From: Patescibacteria group bacterium
Lineage (GTDB): Bacteria; Patescibacteriota; Minisyncoccia; Phycocordibacterales; Phycocordibacteraceae
Direction of reading: 5' to 3'
NCBI GenBank assembly: GCA_013815345.1
Contig: JACDGK010000002.1
Coordinates: 99,399-163,398 of the forward strand
DNA: 64,000 nucleotides
The notes below the pieces were generated by a model. That model did no database searches, was not told the DNA's origin, and worked only from the letters and a program-made list of their open reading frames with translations. Both the position numbers and the translations under genes were made by a program. Shown one piece after another: positions 1 through 9,053 of this stretch (its first letter is position 1; each line of letters starts with the position of its first letter).

Positions 1-807
1 TACGGAAAGAGGAAGATATTCTGGGCTCTCATAGGTAAGGGGCACCACACACCCAAGAAATATATCTATATTTGTCTTTTCTGCTATGGAAATACGCTTT
101 TCTTGCATCATGGGAGCTTTCGTATTTTTCTTTTTTAGTACACTCGTCTGCGTTCCCTTCGCAAGTCTTCCAAAAGTGCGTTCAACTGCCCTCAGTGCCG
201 TTGCTGTATCGATATCCCCGACGATTGCCAGCACGAGCCCTTCCCTTCCCAGTGATGAACGAAAATCCACTAATTGCGCACGAGTAACTGATTTTAAAGA
301 TTTTTCCTGAAATGCATCTTTCTCGGCATAATTCAGATGAGTTTCGTCATACAAGAGACGAGAGAGTTCATTCGACGCTTGAGTACGAGTATCGGTGCGC
401 TGCTCTTTTAGTCTTCCAAGCAAACGTTCTCGCGTAGAAGAAATTTCAGCTGGTTGAAATACGGCAGTACTTAGACATTCTTCAACAATTTGCAAGAGAA
501 ATGGAAGATCTTCAGGGAGACAAGAACCAGAGAAATACGTGCGATCGCCCCCAGCGGAAAATGAGAGAGAAGCGCCTCGGGCTGCAAGTGATTCACGCAA
601 GTTTTTTTTATCATGTTTCTTCGTTCCCGCATCAAAAAGTTTGCTCGCTAAGAAAGGTGTTTCTCGAAGAGAACGCGGGAGCATATTCGAACCGCCGAGT
701 ACGCTTCCTTCGAGCGTGACAACGTCTTGAGTTCTCATAGGAGCAATAAAGACTCGAGCGTTCTCAAAAAGTTTTTTTTCAGTAATATTTTTTGCAAGAG
801 AATCCAT
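1..807 (-). CDS. M16 family peptidase-like subunit (probably non-catalytic), runs off the window edge
   Basis: Manual translation from ATG at 807: MDSLAKNITEKKLFENARVFIAP...DAGTKKHDK...LVLAIVGDID. M16-type motifs, no HxxEH, tandem with the catalytic M16 gene. Confidence 0.8.
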   Translation of the reverse strand, partial: MDSLAKNITEKKLFENARVFIAPMRTQDVVTLEGSVLGGSNMLPRSLRETPFLASKLFDAGTKKHDKKNLRESLAARGASLSFSAGGDRTYFSGSCLPEDLPFLLQIVEECLSTAVFQPAEISSTRERLLGRLKEQRTDTRTQASNELSRLLYDETHLNYAEKDAFQEKSLKSVTRAQLVDFRSSLGREGLVLAIVGDIDTATALRAVERTFGRLAKGTQTSVLKKKNTKAPMMQEKRISIAEKTNIDIFLGCVVPLTYESPEYLPLSV

Positions 808-808
808 A

Positions 809-2107
809 TTAGTGTGAAGTAGTAACAAACCAGCCAACCGTTGATTGATCTTCAACAAGGTATTTTTTAGCTACTCGTTTTATGTCCACGACCGTAACAG
901 TATTGATCTCTTGAGGAAGCGTGACAAAACGCTCCCAGACACCAGTTGCGAGGTCTTCATTCAGTGCTGAAAGTGTTGCATATATACCATCTCGTCGATG
1001 ACCGAGAGCTACACGAACAGCTCGTTTCGCATATGCAAGTTCACGTGCGGTAATGCCTTTCTCAATAACCTCTGCGTAAACTTTTTTGATACGTTTCTCT
1101 ACTAATTCGTGCAATGTTCCAGGAGTAAGGGTCGCATAGGTCATGAAAAGTCCAGGATCATGAAGTTGGTAGCTATATATAGTAACGTCCATGACTTTGG
1201 CAGTATCAACGAGGGCTTTATAGAGTCGACTGGTCTTCCCGTCTGAAAGCACCATATCAAGTACGATAAGTGCTGGAATGTCAGGGTGGTTACCATCGGG
1301 GATTTTATGAGCAATACCAACCATGTTTGCACCAGTTCGTTTGACGATGACGCGGCGCTCACCCTCTTGTTTTGGTTCCTGGGTGTACATGTCGGGGAAA
1401 GCATGTGGCGCTTTGGGGTGTACGCCAAAGTTTTCTGCGATGAGTTTTAGGACTTCCTTCTCATTAAAATTTCCGGCAATGGTGACGGTCGCATTATTGG
1501 GCCAATAGAAATCGTTATAAAATTGTTGTAGCCGTTCGATCGAAACTTTTTCAATATCACTTCTCCAGCCAATCGTCGAGTGATGGTATGGATGTGCTTG
1601 ATACGCGATTGCCCACAACTGCTTATCGAGAGCCTCCATGGGCTCATTTTCGCCGCGTTCGAATTCATTTCGCACAACCGTCATTTCGCTTTGACGATCT
1701 TCTTCTCGTATACGAGCCGTACGCATACGGTCGGCTTCGAGGGCAATGGCGAGGGACAGATGCTCTTTGGGTACTACTTCGTAGTAATTCGTTCTATCAA
1801 ACCAGGTTGTTGCATTTACAAGCGCTCCTTTCGTCTCAAGCAGATGCCAAATGGTGCTCCTCTTTTCTTTATTAAAATTCTTTGAACCCTTAAACATGAG
1901 GTGCTCAAGCATATGAGTAGCGCCCGTATAACCGATTGCTTCATTGCGAGAGCCCACATGATAGGTCACCATACAGCCTGCAACCGGCGCTGAGGCGTTA
2001 GGTATGAGGAGTATACGAAGACCATTTGCCTCCAGCTTGTATTCTCGAATAGTATCGAGTTTTTTGATAAAAGAGATTCCTGGAATAGCAGTCTTTGTCT
2101 TTGCCAT
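809..2107 (-). CDS. M16 family zinc metallopeptidase (catalytic)
   Basis: HMLEH inverted zinc motif, NATTWFDRTNY. Likely start is ATG 2107, 7 nt after TATTGT. Confidence 0.92.
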   Translation of the reverse strand: MAKTKTAIPGISFIKKLDTIREYKLEANGLRILLIPNASAPVAGCMVTYHVGSRNEAIGYTGATHMLEHLMFKGSKNFNKEKRSTIWHLLETKGALVNATTWFDRTNYYEVVPKEHLSLAIALEADRMRTARIREEDRQSEMTVVRNEFERGENEPMEALDKQLWAIAYQAHPYHHSTIGWRSDIEKVSIERLQQFYNDFYWPNNATVTIAGNFNEKEVLKLIAENFGVHPKAPHAFPDMYTQEPKQEGERRVIVKRTGANMVGIAHKIPDGNHPDIPALIVLDMVLSDGKTSRLYKALVDTAKVMDVTIYSYQLHDPGLFMTYATLTPGTLHELVEKRIKKVYAEVIEKGITARELAYAKRAVRVALGHRRDGIYATLSALNEDLATGVWERFVTLPQEINTVTVVDIKRVAKKYLVEDQSTVGWFVTTSH

Positions 2108-2129
2108 TCTGATCACAATACTCTTGCTT

Positions 2130-2723
2130 TTACGACTCTGCAACGACAATGTTTGAAGCTTCTTTTTCTTCCTTTATAACTTTTTCAAGACGGTCGCGAA
2201 GAGCACCGGTAATATTTCTTTTGCGAGCTTCTTCCAAAACTGCACCATGGAACCAAACATACATTTCTGTTTTTTGTGCCCATCGTTCAAAGAGTACTGA
2301 CCCCTCTTTCTCAAACGCATCTATCTTACTCTCGATATTGTCAATTTTGTCTGCCATGGAAATAAGCACAGCTGAGTCCTCTGCTCTCGCAAGTTGCTCC
2401 AGATAAGCTTCTTTACGTTCTTTCCAGGTAAGGGTGGTGCCATCCTCATTTGTTTTAGGTTCGCTCACCGCGAGCACGAGTGCAGACGCGCGCGCGCCGA
2501 AGGCGCGCGCAATTTCCTCCGCAGTCGTTTGCGTATCCTCAATAGTGTCATGGAGCATGCCTGCAATAATAGTGTCCTCATCGGCATCAGCGTCAGCAAG
2601 CAGCAAAGCCACCGAAACGGGATGGGTAATGTACGGCAGTCGTTCTGCTTCTCTGCGAAGCTGACCATCATGACGACGCGCAGCAAATTGCAATGCTTTT
2701 CGGACACGATTGGTATGTATCAT
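2130..2723 (-). CDS. HD-domain protein, RelA/SpoT hydrolase (Mesh1)-like
   Basis: HDGQxR, PYITHP, LHDTIEDT and ADKIDN motifs. Confidence 0.85.
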   Translation of the reverse strand: MIHTNRVRKALQFAARRHDGQLRREAERLPYITHPVSVALLLADADADEDTIIAGMLHDTIEDTQTTAEEIARAFGARASALVLAVSEPKTNEDGTTLTWKERKEAYLEQLARAEDSAVLISMADKIDNIESKIDAFEKEGSVLFERWAQKTEMYVWFHGAVLEEARKRNITGALRDRLEKVIKEEKEASNIVVAES

Positions 2724-2734
2724 AATAGATATAA

Positions 2735-3340
2735 TTAGCGAGCAAGCGTTTTAAGTATTTTGAAATCTTCTTTAAGCGTATCTTTGAGTGATTGATTGTA
2801 AATGGCTGCGGCTGGATGGTACAACGCAAGGATAGTTACTTTTCCAAAGGAAGCGCCCGCTTCAAAAGATTTTCCGTGCAAAGCGGTCATGCCTTTATTT
2901 TTCGCAGCGAGGTTAAATTTAGAAAGAATATATCCCATTGAGTACCTTCCCAGGGTGGCGAGCACTTTTGGCTGAATAATGTCGATCTGTCGGTCGAGAA
3001 AAGGTCCATAGAGCTCGATTTCTTCAGGAGTCGGATCACGATTTTCTTGAGGACGATCCTTTACAATATTTGTAATATATACGTCTTCACGAGGAATTCC
3101 CACTGACGTTAGTAACTCATCAAGAATTTTCCCTGCTGCGCCGGCAAAAGGTCGACCGGTCTTTGCCTCATTTTTTCCAGGTGCCTCCCCAATAAACATG
3201 ATTTTTGAATCATGACTTCCCTCCCCTATGACCGGAAAATAGTTATTCGACGTACGATACTCATATAAAGGCGACGCCATAAGGCCAAGCACCTCATCTC
3301 TGATTTTCTTGAGTGCTTCGTACTTTACGCTGGTCTCCAT
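2735..3340 (-). CDS. Uracil-DNA glycosylase, family 4-like
   Basis: GEAPG, GRPFxGAAG, YITNIVK and YHPAA motifs. Probable start is ATG 3340. Confidence 0.9.
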   Translation of the reverse strand: METSVKYEALKKIRDEVLGLMASPLYEYRTSNNYFPVIGEGSHDSKIMFIGEAPGKNEAKTGRPFAGAAGKILDELLTSVGIPREDVYITNIVKDRPQENRDPTPEEIELYGPFLDRQIDIIQPKVLATLGRYSMGYILSKFNLAAKNKGMTALHGKSFEAGASFGKVTILALYHPAAAIYNQSLKDTLKEDFKILKTLAR

Positions 3341-3540
3341 ATCATTTTCTTCCCAACGCTTCGAACAACCCGGCGGCATGGAACGGTGGTATCAACGTTT
3401 CGACTCATAATTGTCCCTACGGCACGTGCTGCATTAGGGCTCCCAGCTACAGCAGCTACTTCTTTATAGCTTCGTGTTTCTCCTTTTGGAATTGTACGCA
3501 CAACCGTTCGAACTCTTTCTGCAAATGTATCGCTCTGCAT
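3325..3540 (-). pseudogene. Truncated O6-alkylguanine alkyltransferase (Ogt/MGMT) DNA-binding domain
   Basis: IPKGETRSYKEVA...AARAVG helix-turn-helix. Active-site PCHRV reads PCRRV and the ORF ends about 12 codons later. Confidence 0.7.
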
Positions 3541-3558
3541 ATTTTTCCAGCGGTATAC

Positions 3559-4659
3559 TTATCGGTATAAGAAGTACGGCGTATTAGCCAAGGTCTTGAA
3601 TGCGGTGAGGCCAGCGCCTTGCAAAGAGAAGTCGCCATTATTGCCGTTCGCATCAAAGTAGTTAAGAGCTTTAAATTGAGGATACTTTGTTGGTAGTTCT
3701 GTTTGTATCTGCTGAATGTATTTTACCTGGTCTGCGGCTTGCGCTCCAGTTGCGCCTATCATCATCGGCTTGTTGTGTCCTACCCACTGATTGTAGAAAG
3801 GCCCAAATATTTCATCGAAGCCTGGTTTATTCGCCTTGTCGCGGCTGAAACCGTCACCCGCTATCCAATCGACATAGGTGTCGCCCGGATAATATTGTGC
3901 CGTGTCGCTGCTCCCTGCACTTGGGCACCAAACAAACGCGACGTTCGTAGCGCCGACCCTGTGAAAGATCGTCCAGATGTGCTTCCATGCAGCAATGAAG
4001 TTCGCACCGTTATTATACGCATCACACCCCCGACTGGTATGACTCGAGTCGTTTTTGTTCATTTCCCAGTACCACCGCATGAACGTCGGCTTGCCAAACG
4101 TTTTGAGTGCAGTCGCTTCAGCGGTAAGTGCTGCGTCGTCTTTGCCTGATAGTATTTCTTCAACATTGGCGCACGAGAGTTCTATGCTCGGTATAGAACC
4201 GTTTTTATCACTAGCTAAGAGGGACGCCTGAGGAATAGGGTTTGTGAAGCCTATGTAGATGGGTAAGATGGCAAGTGAGCGACCGATAGAGGCGTTGAAT
4301 ATTGGTAACTGCTGAAACTCTCCGGCTCCAGGAATATCATTCTTATCGCCAGCGATACCTCCGGGATTCACTCGAGCACCAAGATACGTGCCTGTTGCTG
4401 GTATTTTAGGAGGTAGTAATACGCCACTGCCACCGCCATTTCCACTCCCTTCACCTATAGTGGGAGGTAGAGATCCTCTTCCGTCAAAAAGCCGCGAGAA
4501 TGAATCGAAAAAAGATGACAACGCTGCTGCTAAGGAGCTACTTCCAGCTCCGTTATTTGCGACAAATTCGCCGTTCTTCTGGCTAACAACATAGAACCCA
4601 AATCCAATTAACAGTACAACGACCACTAAAGCGACTACTTTATAGGGAGATTTTTTCAT
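3559..4659 (-). CDS. Membrane-anchored glycoside hydrolase family 26-like protein
   Basis: N-terminal TM helix; RWYWEMN, FVWCP, YYPGDxYVDW and KPMMIG motifs. Confidence 0.85.
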   Translation of the reverse strand: MKKSPYKVVALVVVVLLIGFGFYVVSQKNGEFVANNGAGSSSLAAALSSFFDSFSRLFDGRGSLPPTIGEGSGNGGGSGVLLPPKIPATGTYLGARVNPGGIAGDKNDIPGAGEFQQLPIFNASIGRSLAILPIYIGFTNPIPQASLLASDKNGSIPSIELSCANVEEILSGKDDAALTAEATALKTFGKPTFMRWYWEMNKNDSSHTSRGCDAYNNGANFIAAWKHIWTIFHRVGATNVAFVWCPSAGSSDTAQYYPGDTYVDWIAGDGFSRDKANKPGFDEIFGPFYNQWVGHNKPMMIGATGAQAADQVKYIQQIQTELPTKYPQFKALNYFDANGNNGDFSLQGAGLTAFKTLANTPYFLYR

Positions 4660-4744
4660 GATTCTGGTGGTTAGTATGTACCATGATTATATAGCCCAGA
4701 TTACTTAGGGCCATACACACGTTCTAATAGGAAACACCTTCCTT

Positions 4745-5545
4745 TTAAGAAGAACCTGCTTTGTTCTTTTTAGCCTCTTGATGAAGTTCCAAAAGTTTTT
4801 TACCCGCAAAGTCACGATAGGCGCAATATTCGCAACGTTTCGAGGCGTCAGGAATTGTGTCAGACAGTAGGCATCCTTTTATTTCTTTGAGCGCACCGTC
4901 AATCCAGGAGTCATCACCTTCATACGGCAGTATCGTTATGTCGAATTCAAGCTTTCCATCAAATGCTTCTCGATCATTGTGTCCATTCGCGTAAACGAAG
5001 TACGCTGTCTTAGAAACGTTAAAATCGTTACGACGAAAAAGCCATTGATAGATCTCGATCTGCCGCTTATAGCTATCTTTCCATGCATCATCCAGAGTGA
5101 CTTCTGCTTTCCCTGCCGTTGATTTGTAATCAACGATGTAGAGTTCTCCATTTTCCCCTTCCCATACGTCATCGATGCCGCCGCGCAGGATAATATTAGT
5201 TTCAGGGTGGAGATACTGTATGCCACGCTTAAATGCGTCGCGCCATTCTTCTATTTTTTCATGTGCATACGGTACGGCGTTGATGCCATACTTCTTCATT
5301 AACGGATGTGTTTCTTTTTTTGCACGATAAATATCGAACTCTCTTTTGAAAAGCTCGTCCACGGCATTGTTGAGGGTAAAAGGAAAAGAATCAGGCCGGC
5401 CGATGCCATACCGCGCTTCGATCCAAAAGCAGCGTGGACACTCCACATAGCGTTCTACTTTTGAACGGCTCATGGTATACGGCATTTTCGATCCCGGATC
5501 GAAGCGCCCCTTTTCCCATTTCAGTTTGTACCCGTCGAGTCCCAT
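4745..5545 (-). CDS. PD-(D/E)XK nuclease (RecB/AddB/Cas4-like)
   Basis: GGIDD...IVDYKS and QIEIY motifs, CPRC and CEYC cysteines. Start 5545 follows TACACT by 6 nt. Confidence 0.82.
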   Translation of the reverse strand: MGLDGYKLKWEKGRFDPGSKMPYTMSRSKVERYVECPRCFWIEARYGIGRPDSFPFTLNNAVDELFKREFDIYRAKKETHPLMKKYGINAVPYAHEKIEEWRDAFKRGIQYLHPETNIILRGGIDDVWEGENGELYIVDYKSTAGKAEVTLDDAWKDSYKRQIEIYQWLFRRNDFNVSKTAYFVYANGHNDREAFDGKLEFDITILPYEGDDSWIDGALKEIKGCLLSDTIPDASKRCEYCAYRDFAGKKLLELHQEAKKNKAGSS

Positions 5546-5562
5546 CAGTACAGTGTACGCGT

Positions 5563-6435
5563 TTAGGTCGATGCTGTAAAAGACGTAGATTCGCAAAGAG
5601 CATTCGATTCTGCAAGAATGGCGCCGATTCGATCAGGAGGAATGCTGAGCGAACGAAGCACCTCTCGATGTTCACGTACCTGATCACAGGTGACGATGCC
5701 TTTATCAATCAAAAGTCGTTTTTCTGCTTTTTTCAGCAGCGTAAGTGCGGTGACGGGATACAGTCCAGTCGCAACAATGCGATCGTATAAATTTCCTTCG
5801 TGAGGGTAGCTCCACCCCAAAAGCTCGATACCGGCGCATTTCGCATACTGAATCGCTTGCGAGGTGAATTTAGTATTCGTGATAAGAAAACCATGATCAA
5901 TGGGACATGAACTGTCGGTTTTAGGATCACAATTCCAGATATCTTCAAAGCGTGCTTTCACATACAATGCAATTTTTACGTCCGTTTTATAACTAGGATC
6001 ATTATGATACTTGAGTTCGGCAGCAAGAAATTCTCCGCCGCGGGTCGCATAGATATCTACCTCATGCGAAACACACTTTCCTGCAATGATTTTCCGCCAC
6101 TCGACCTCCCACCCTTCCTTTTTAAACATTTGGGCAACAAAGTCTTCAAAGGGGTGCCCAGAGGGACCAAGTTCGAAGAGCGCGCGTCGAAGCGAGTAGC
6201 GGGCTGCTGCGGCTCGCGTATCTTGTCGAAGCATAGTAAACGCACGTTTATATATTTCATGCGTTCCTGCTCTGTTTCCTATAGATAATTCAATAGTACG
6301 TCGTATGCGTTCGGCGGTATGGGCACCTGCACCTGCTCGACGCAATGAATTCTCTAGCTTCGACGGGTCAAATGCTTCGGCGGTACCGTCAGCTTTTATA
6401 ATTGTGGGTTTAAGATCAGTATCGAGTGCCGCCAT
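5563..6435 (-). CDS. ATP-cone plus restriction-endonuclease-fold (Mrr-like) protein
   Basis: IIKADGTAEAFDPSKL ATP-cone start; HEVDIYA...AELKY nuclease motif. Confidence 0.8.
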   Translation of the reverse strand: MAALDTDLKPTIIKADGTAEAFDPSKLENSLRRAGAGAHTAERIRRTIELSIGNRAGTHEIYKRAFTMLRQDTRAAAARYSLRRALFELGPSGHPFEDFVAQMFKKEGWEVEWRKIIAGKCVSHEVDIYATRGGEFLAAELKYHNDPSYKTDVKIALYVKARFEDIWNCDPKTDSSCPIDHGFLITNTKFTSQAIQYAKCAGIELLGWSYPHEGNLYDRIVATGLYPVTALTLLKKAEKRLLIDKGIVTCDQVREHREVLRSLSIPPDRIGAILAESNALCESTSFTAST

Positions 6436-6437
6436 GC

Positions 6438-7529
6438 TTATGCAATAATACCACCCCCAAGACATTCGTCTTCTCGATAGAGCACGAGCGATTGTCCTCC
6501 TGCGATTGGTTGCAGCAAGGGTTCATTTAGTGTAAAAATATCGCGCGCTTTATTCAGCGTTCCTAAAATAGTCGGTCCATGGTATCGATACTGTGCTTGT
6601 AGTATTTCGTTTTCGATAGACGTATCACTAAACCAGTTTGTTTGAGTAAGATGTATATTCTGAGTAATAGCTGGAACATCGGCCGTAGATCCCACTGTAA
6701 GCATGTTTTCATGCATATCCTTTTTAAGAACGTACCACGGCCCTTCGGGTGCATTTTTAAGTGAAAGACGTTGTCCTAGCGTATATAAGACCGCCCCTTC
6801 ATGGATTCCAACTTCTTTTCCTTCCGCATCAATAGCTTTCCCGTCTTCCGGACTAAGCTCCTGTCGTAAAAAATCATCAACTGAAATCGAACCAAGAAAA
6901 CAAATTCCTTGGCTGTCCTTCTTTTCTGCTACCGGCAACTTGTATTCCTTCGCTAGTTCTCGCACCCTTTCCTTTTTAAATTCACCCAGTGGAAAAAGGG
7001 TATGGTCGATTGTCTCTTTTGGAACTGCCCATAGAAAATAACTTTGATCTTTTGTGTCATTAATCCCGCGCAGAAGTCGTGAAGGGGATGGAGCTGTCGC
7101 ATGTTGTAACTCTCGCGGCGCAACTCGTGCATAGTGGCCGGTAGCTATAAAATCAACCCTTTTAGATCGTGCGAAAGAATAATACGCGCCAAATTTTACT
7201 TCACGATTGCACATGATGTCTGGATTTGGTGTTCTCCCCTGCGCATATTCACCGATAAGATAGTCAATCACTCCTTTTTTATATTCAACGCTTGCGTCAA
7301 GAGTATAAAAAGGTATGCGGAGAAAAGCGGCAACGCGCATCGCATCACGACGGTCATCTGCCCATGTGCATGGCATGTCAGGCGGATACCAACCCTTTAT
7401 GAATACACCGGTAATCGCTGCGCCGGTTTTTTGAAGAAGAGCCGCAGACACGGCTGAATCCACTCCTCCCGATAAACCCACGAATATTCGTGCGTTCTTT
7501 AATGCGTCGAAATCTTGCCCGTTTTGCAT
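6438..7529 (-). CDS. mnmA: tRNA 2-thiouridylase MnmA
   Basis: SGGVDS PP-loop, TPNPDIMCN, ATGHYA, KDQSYFL, DSQGICF. Confidence 0.97.
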   Translation of the reverse strand: MQNGQDFDALKNARIFVGLSGGVDSAVSAALLQKTGAAITGVFIKGWYPPDMPCTWADDRRDAMRVAAFLRIPFYTLDASVEYKKGVIDYLIGEYAQGRTPNPDIMCNREVKFGAYYSFARSKRVDFIATGHYARVAPRELQHATAPSPSRLLRGINDTKDQSYFLWAVPKETIDHTLFPLGEFKKERVRELAKEYKLPVAEKKDSQGICFLGSISVDDFLRQELSPEDGKAIDAEGKEVGIHEGAVLYTLGQRLSLKNAPEGPWYVLKKDMHENMLTVGSTADVPAITQNIHLTQTNWFSDTSIENEILQAQYRYHGPTILGTLNKARDIFTLNEPLLQPIAGGQSLVLYREDECLGGGIIA

Positions 7530-7564
7530 ACAATCGTTATATCACTCTTCCCCTATCTGTCTCA

Positions 7565-8971
7565 TTAGGTAGGAAGATTTGAAGGTGCGCCAGCGGTTGC
7601 CGACTGGATACGCGGAAGATTTGGCGTTGTCACCGCGCTCGAAGGAATATGATACAGCGTAGCAAGCTCTTCACTGCTTAGAATCATCCATGGTCCTACA
7701 TAAGGATCGTAGTAATAGGAGCGATAGCGATACATGCGAAGTACCTCGCCTTTCAAGAAGGTACGACGATGGCCTCCTCGATCTTCCCAGGGATAATCAT
7801 TGAATGAGCCGCCAAAGGTACTTGCTAAACCTATATTATTGCGTGACTCATCATTAAACGGCTTAAATAGATTAATGAGAGCAGTTACCATAATGCCTTG
7901 AAATGCGTCTTTAGTACCGGAATAAATGCAGCGAATGCCGACATCAAAGCCTTGCTTTCCGGTTTTGCGCTCGATAGAGGCAATCGTTTCGTTCATTCCC
8001 TTGGTTGGATTTGGAAATCCTTGAGTTTCTATCATGGCACCGGTGGCTGGATCAACGTGCGTATTCTTTTTTGAGTGTTTTTCCCGCAGTTCTTCGATAA
8101 TTTCATCTGCCTCGTCCTTCCAAGTATACGTTTTTCCCGCAGCATTCTTTTTTGTGGTAAACATGCCTCCCCACTTTTCAGTTTTTGTTTGCCGCACAAT
8201 GAATTGAAGCCACATTTGCTCATTAGGGCCAATTGCTCCCATGAGTTCGATCAACTGTGCGAGGGGGTCGACGGTCTCTTCAGGCTTATCACCCGGTTCA
8301 ATCTCGTAATCCACATAGGTTTTAAGAGGATATGGATCTGGTCTCTTAAGAGCATATTCACATCCCCAGAGGTCGTGGTCAGCATCGAGAGGATCGTTGA
8401 CACGCGCATAGTCTTCGGCCTCAATAATCTCGAGACCGGGATACTGCGCGTACAGATAGCTCTCCACCAATCGACGAAATCCAACACGTGTCCAGATATA
8501 AAAATGTACGCGGCCTCCGATCGAAACTATTTCAAATGACCACCATGCACGCACATTACCGAGAACAAACTTTTTCCACCACGTAGTCTCTCCGGTACCG
8601 ATATGCATATTCGCAAAGAAAAGTTCCATAGATTTTGGTGTCTTGCTGGTATCTCGCGGAATGCGTAGCTCTAAAAGCACGTATTCCTGACTAGCAAAGA
8701 ATTCTGCACGCTTAGCTTGCACATAGCGCACTGCAGTAAAACGGATGAGGGCAAGAGGTATCCAAATTGGTGAAAGAAAAAGAAGTACGCTGAAATTACT
8801 TAATGATTGAGACGGAGAGAGTATAAAAAAAGTCACTATCAGAATGACAAAAGCAATAATCAACGTTCTCGCCCTGATGTTCAGGCTGTGATTGCTGCTC
8901 GAGCCACGCACTAAATTATCAATTGTTGAAAAAAAAGGGAGCATATTGCCCGCGCTATCTTTACTTGCCAT
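7565..8971 (-). CDS. Membrane protein homologous to the N-terminal domain of the VirD4-like ATPase at 42867-45596
   Basis: Two N-terminal TM helices; motif series shared with the ATPase, ending in ELATLYHIP...APSNLP. Confidence 0.7.
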   Translation of the reverse strand: MASKDSAGNMLPFFSTIDNLVRGSSSNHSLNIRARTLIIAFVILIVTFFILSPSQSLSNFSVLLFLSPIWIPLALIRFTAVRYVQAKRAEFFASQEYVLLELRIPRDTSKTPKSMELFFANMHIGTGETTWWKKFVLGNVRAWWSFEIVSIGGRVHFYIWTRVGFRRLVESYLYAQYPGLEIIEAEDYARVNDPLDADHDLWGCEYALKRPDPYPLKTYVDYEIEPGDKPEETVDPLAQLIELMGAIGPNEQMWLQFIVRQTKTEKWGGMFTTKKNAAGKTYTWKDEADEIIEELREKHSKKNTHVDPATGAMIETQGFPNPTKGMNETIASIERKTGKQGFDVGIRCIYSGTKDAFQGIMVTALINLFKPFNDESRNNIGLASTFGGSFNDYPWEDRGGHRRTFLKGEVLRMYRYRSYYYDPYVGPWMILSSEELATLYHIPSSAVTTPNLPRIQSATAGAPSNLPT

Positions 8972-9053
8972 ATGGCCAGTATACCATCAGCATATTCCCT
9001 CCAATGCCTTGAGTGTGCCCTCTTTTTCGTACGTTTGGTTTCGGTAAGCCTTG

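Noticed and set aside
4745-5545. Cas4-like nuclease as evidence of CRISPR-Cas
   Set aside because: No cas1, cas2 or array in the window; solo PD-(D/E)XK genes are common.
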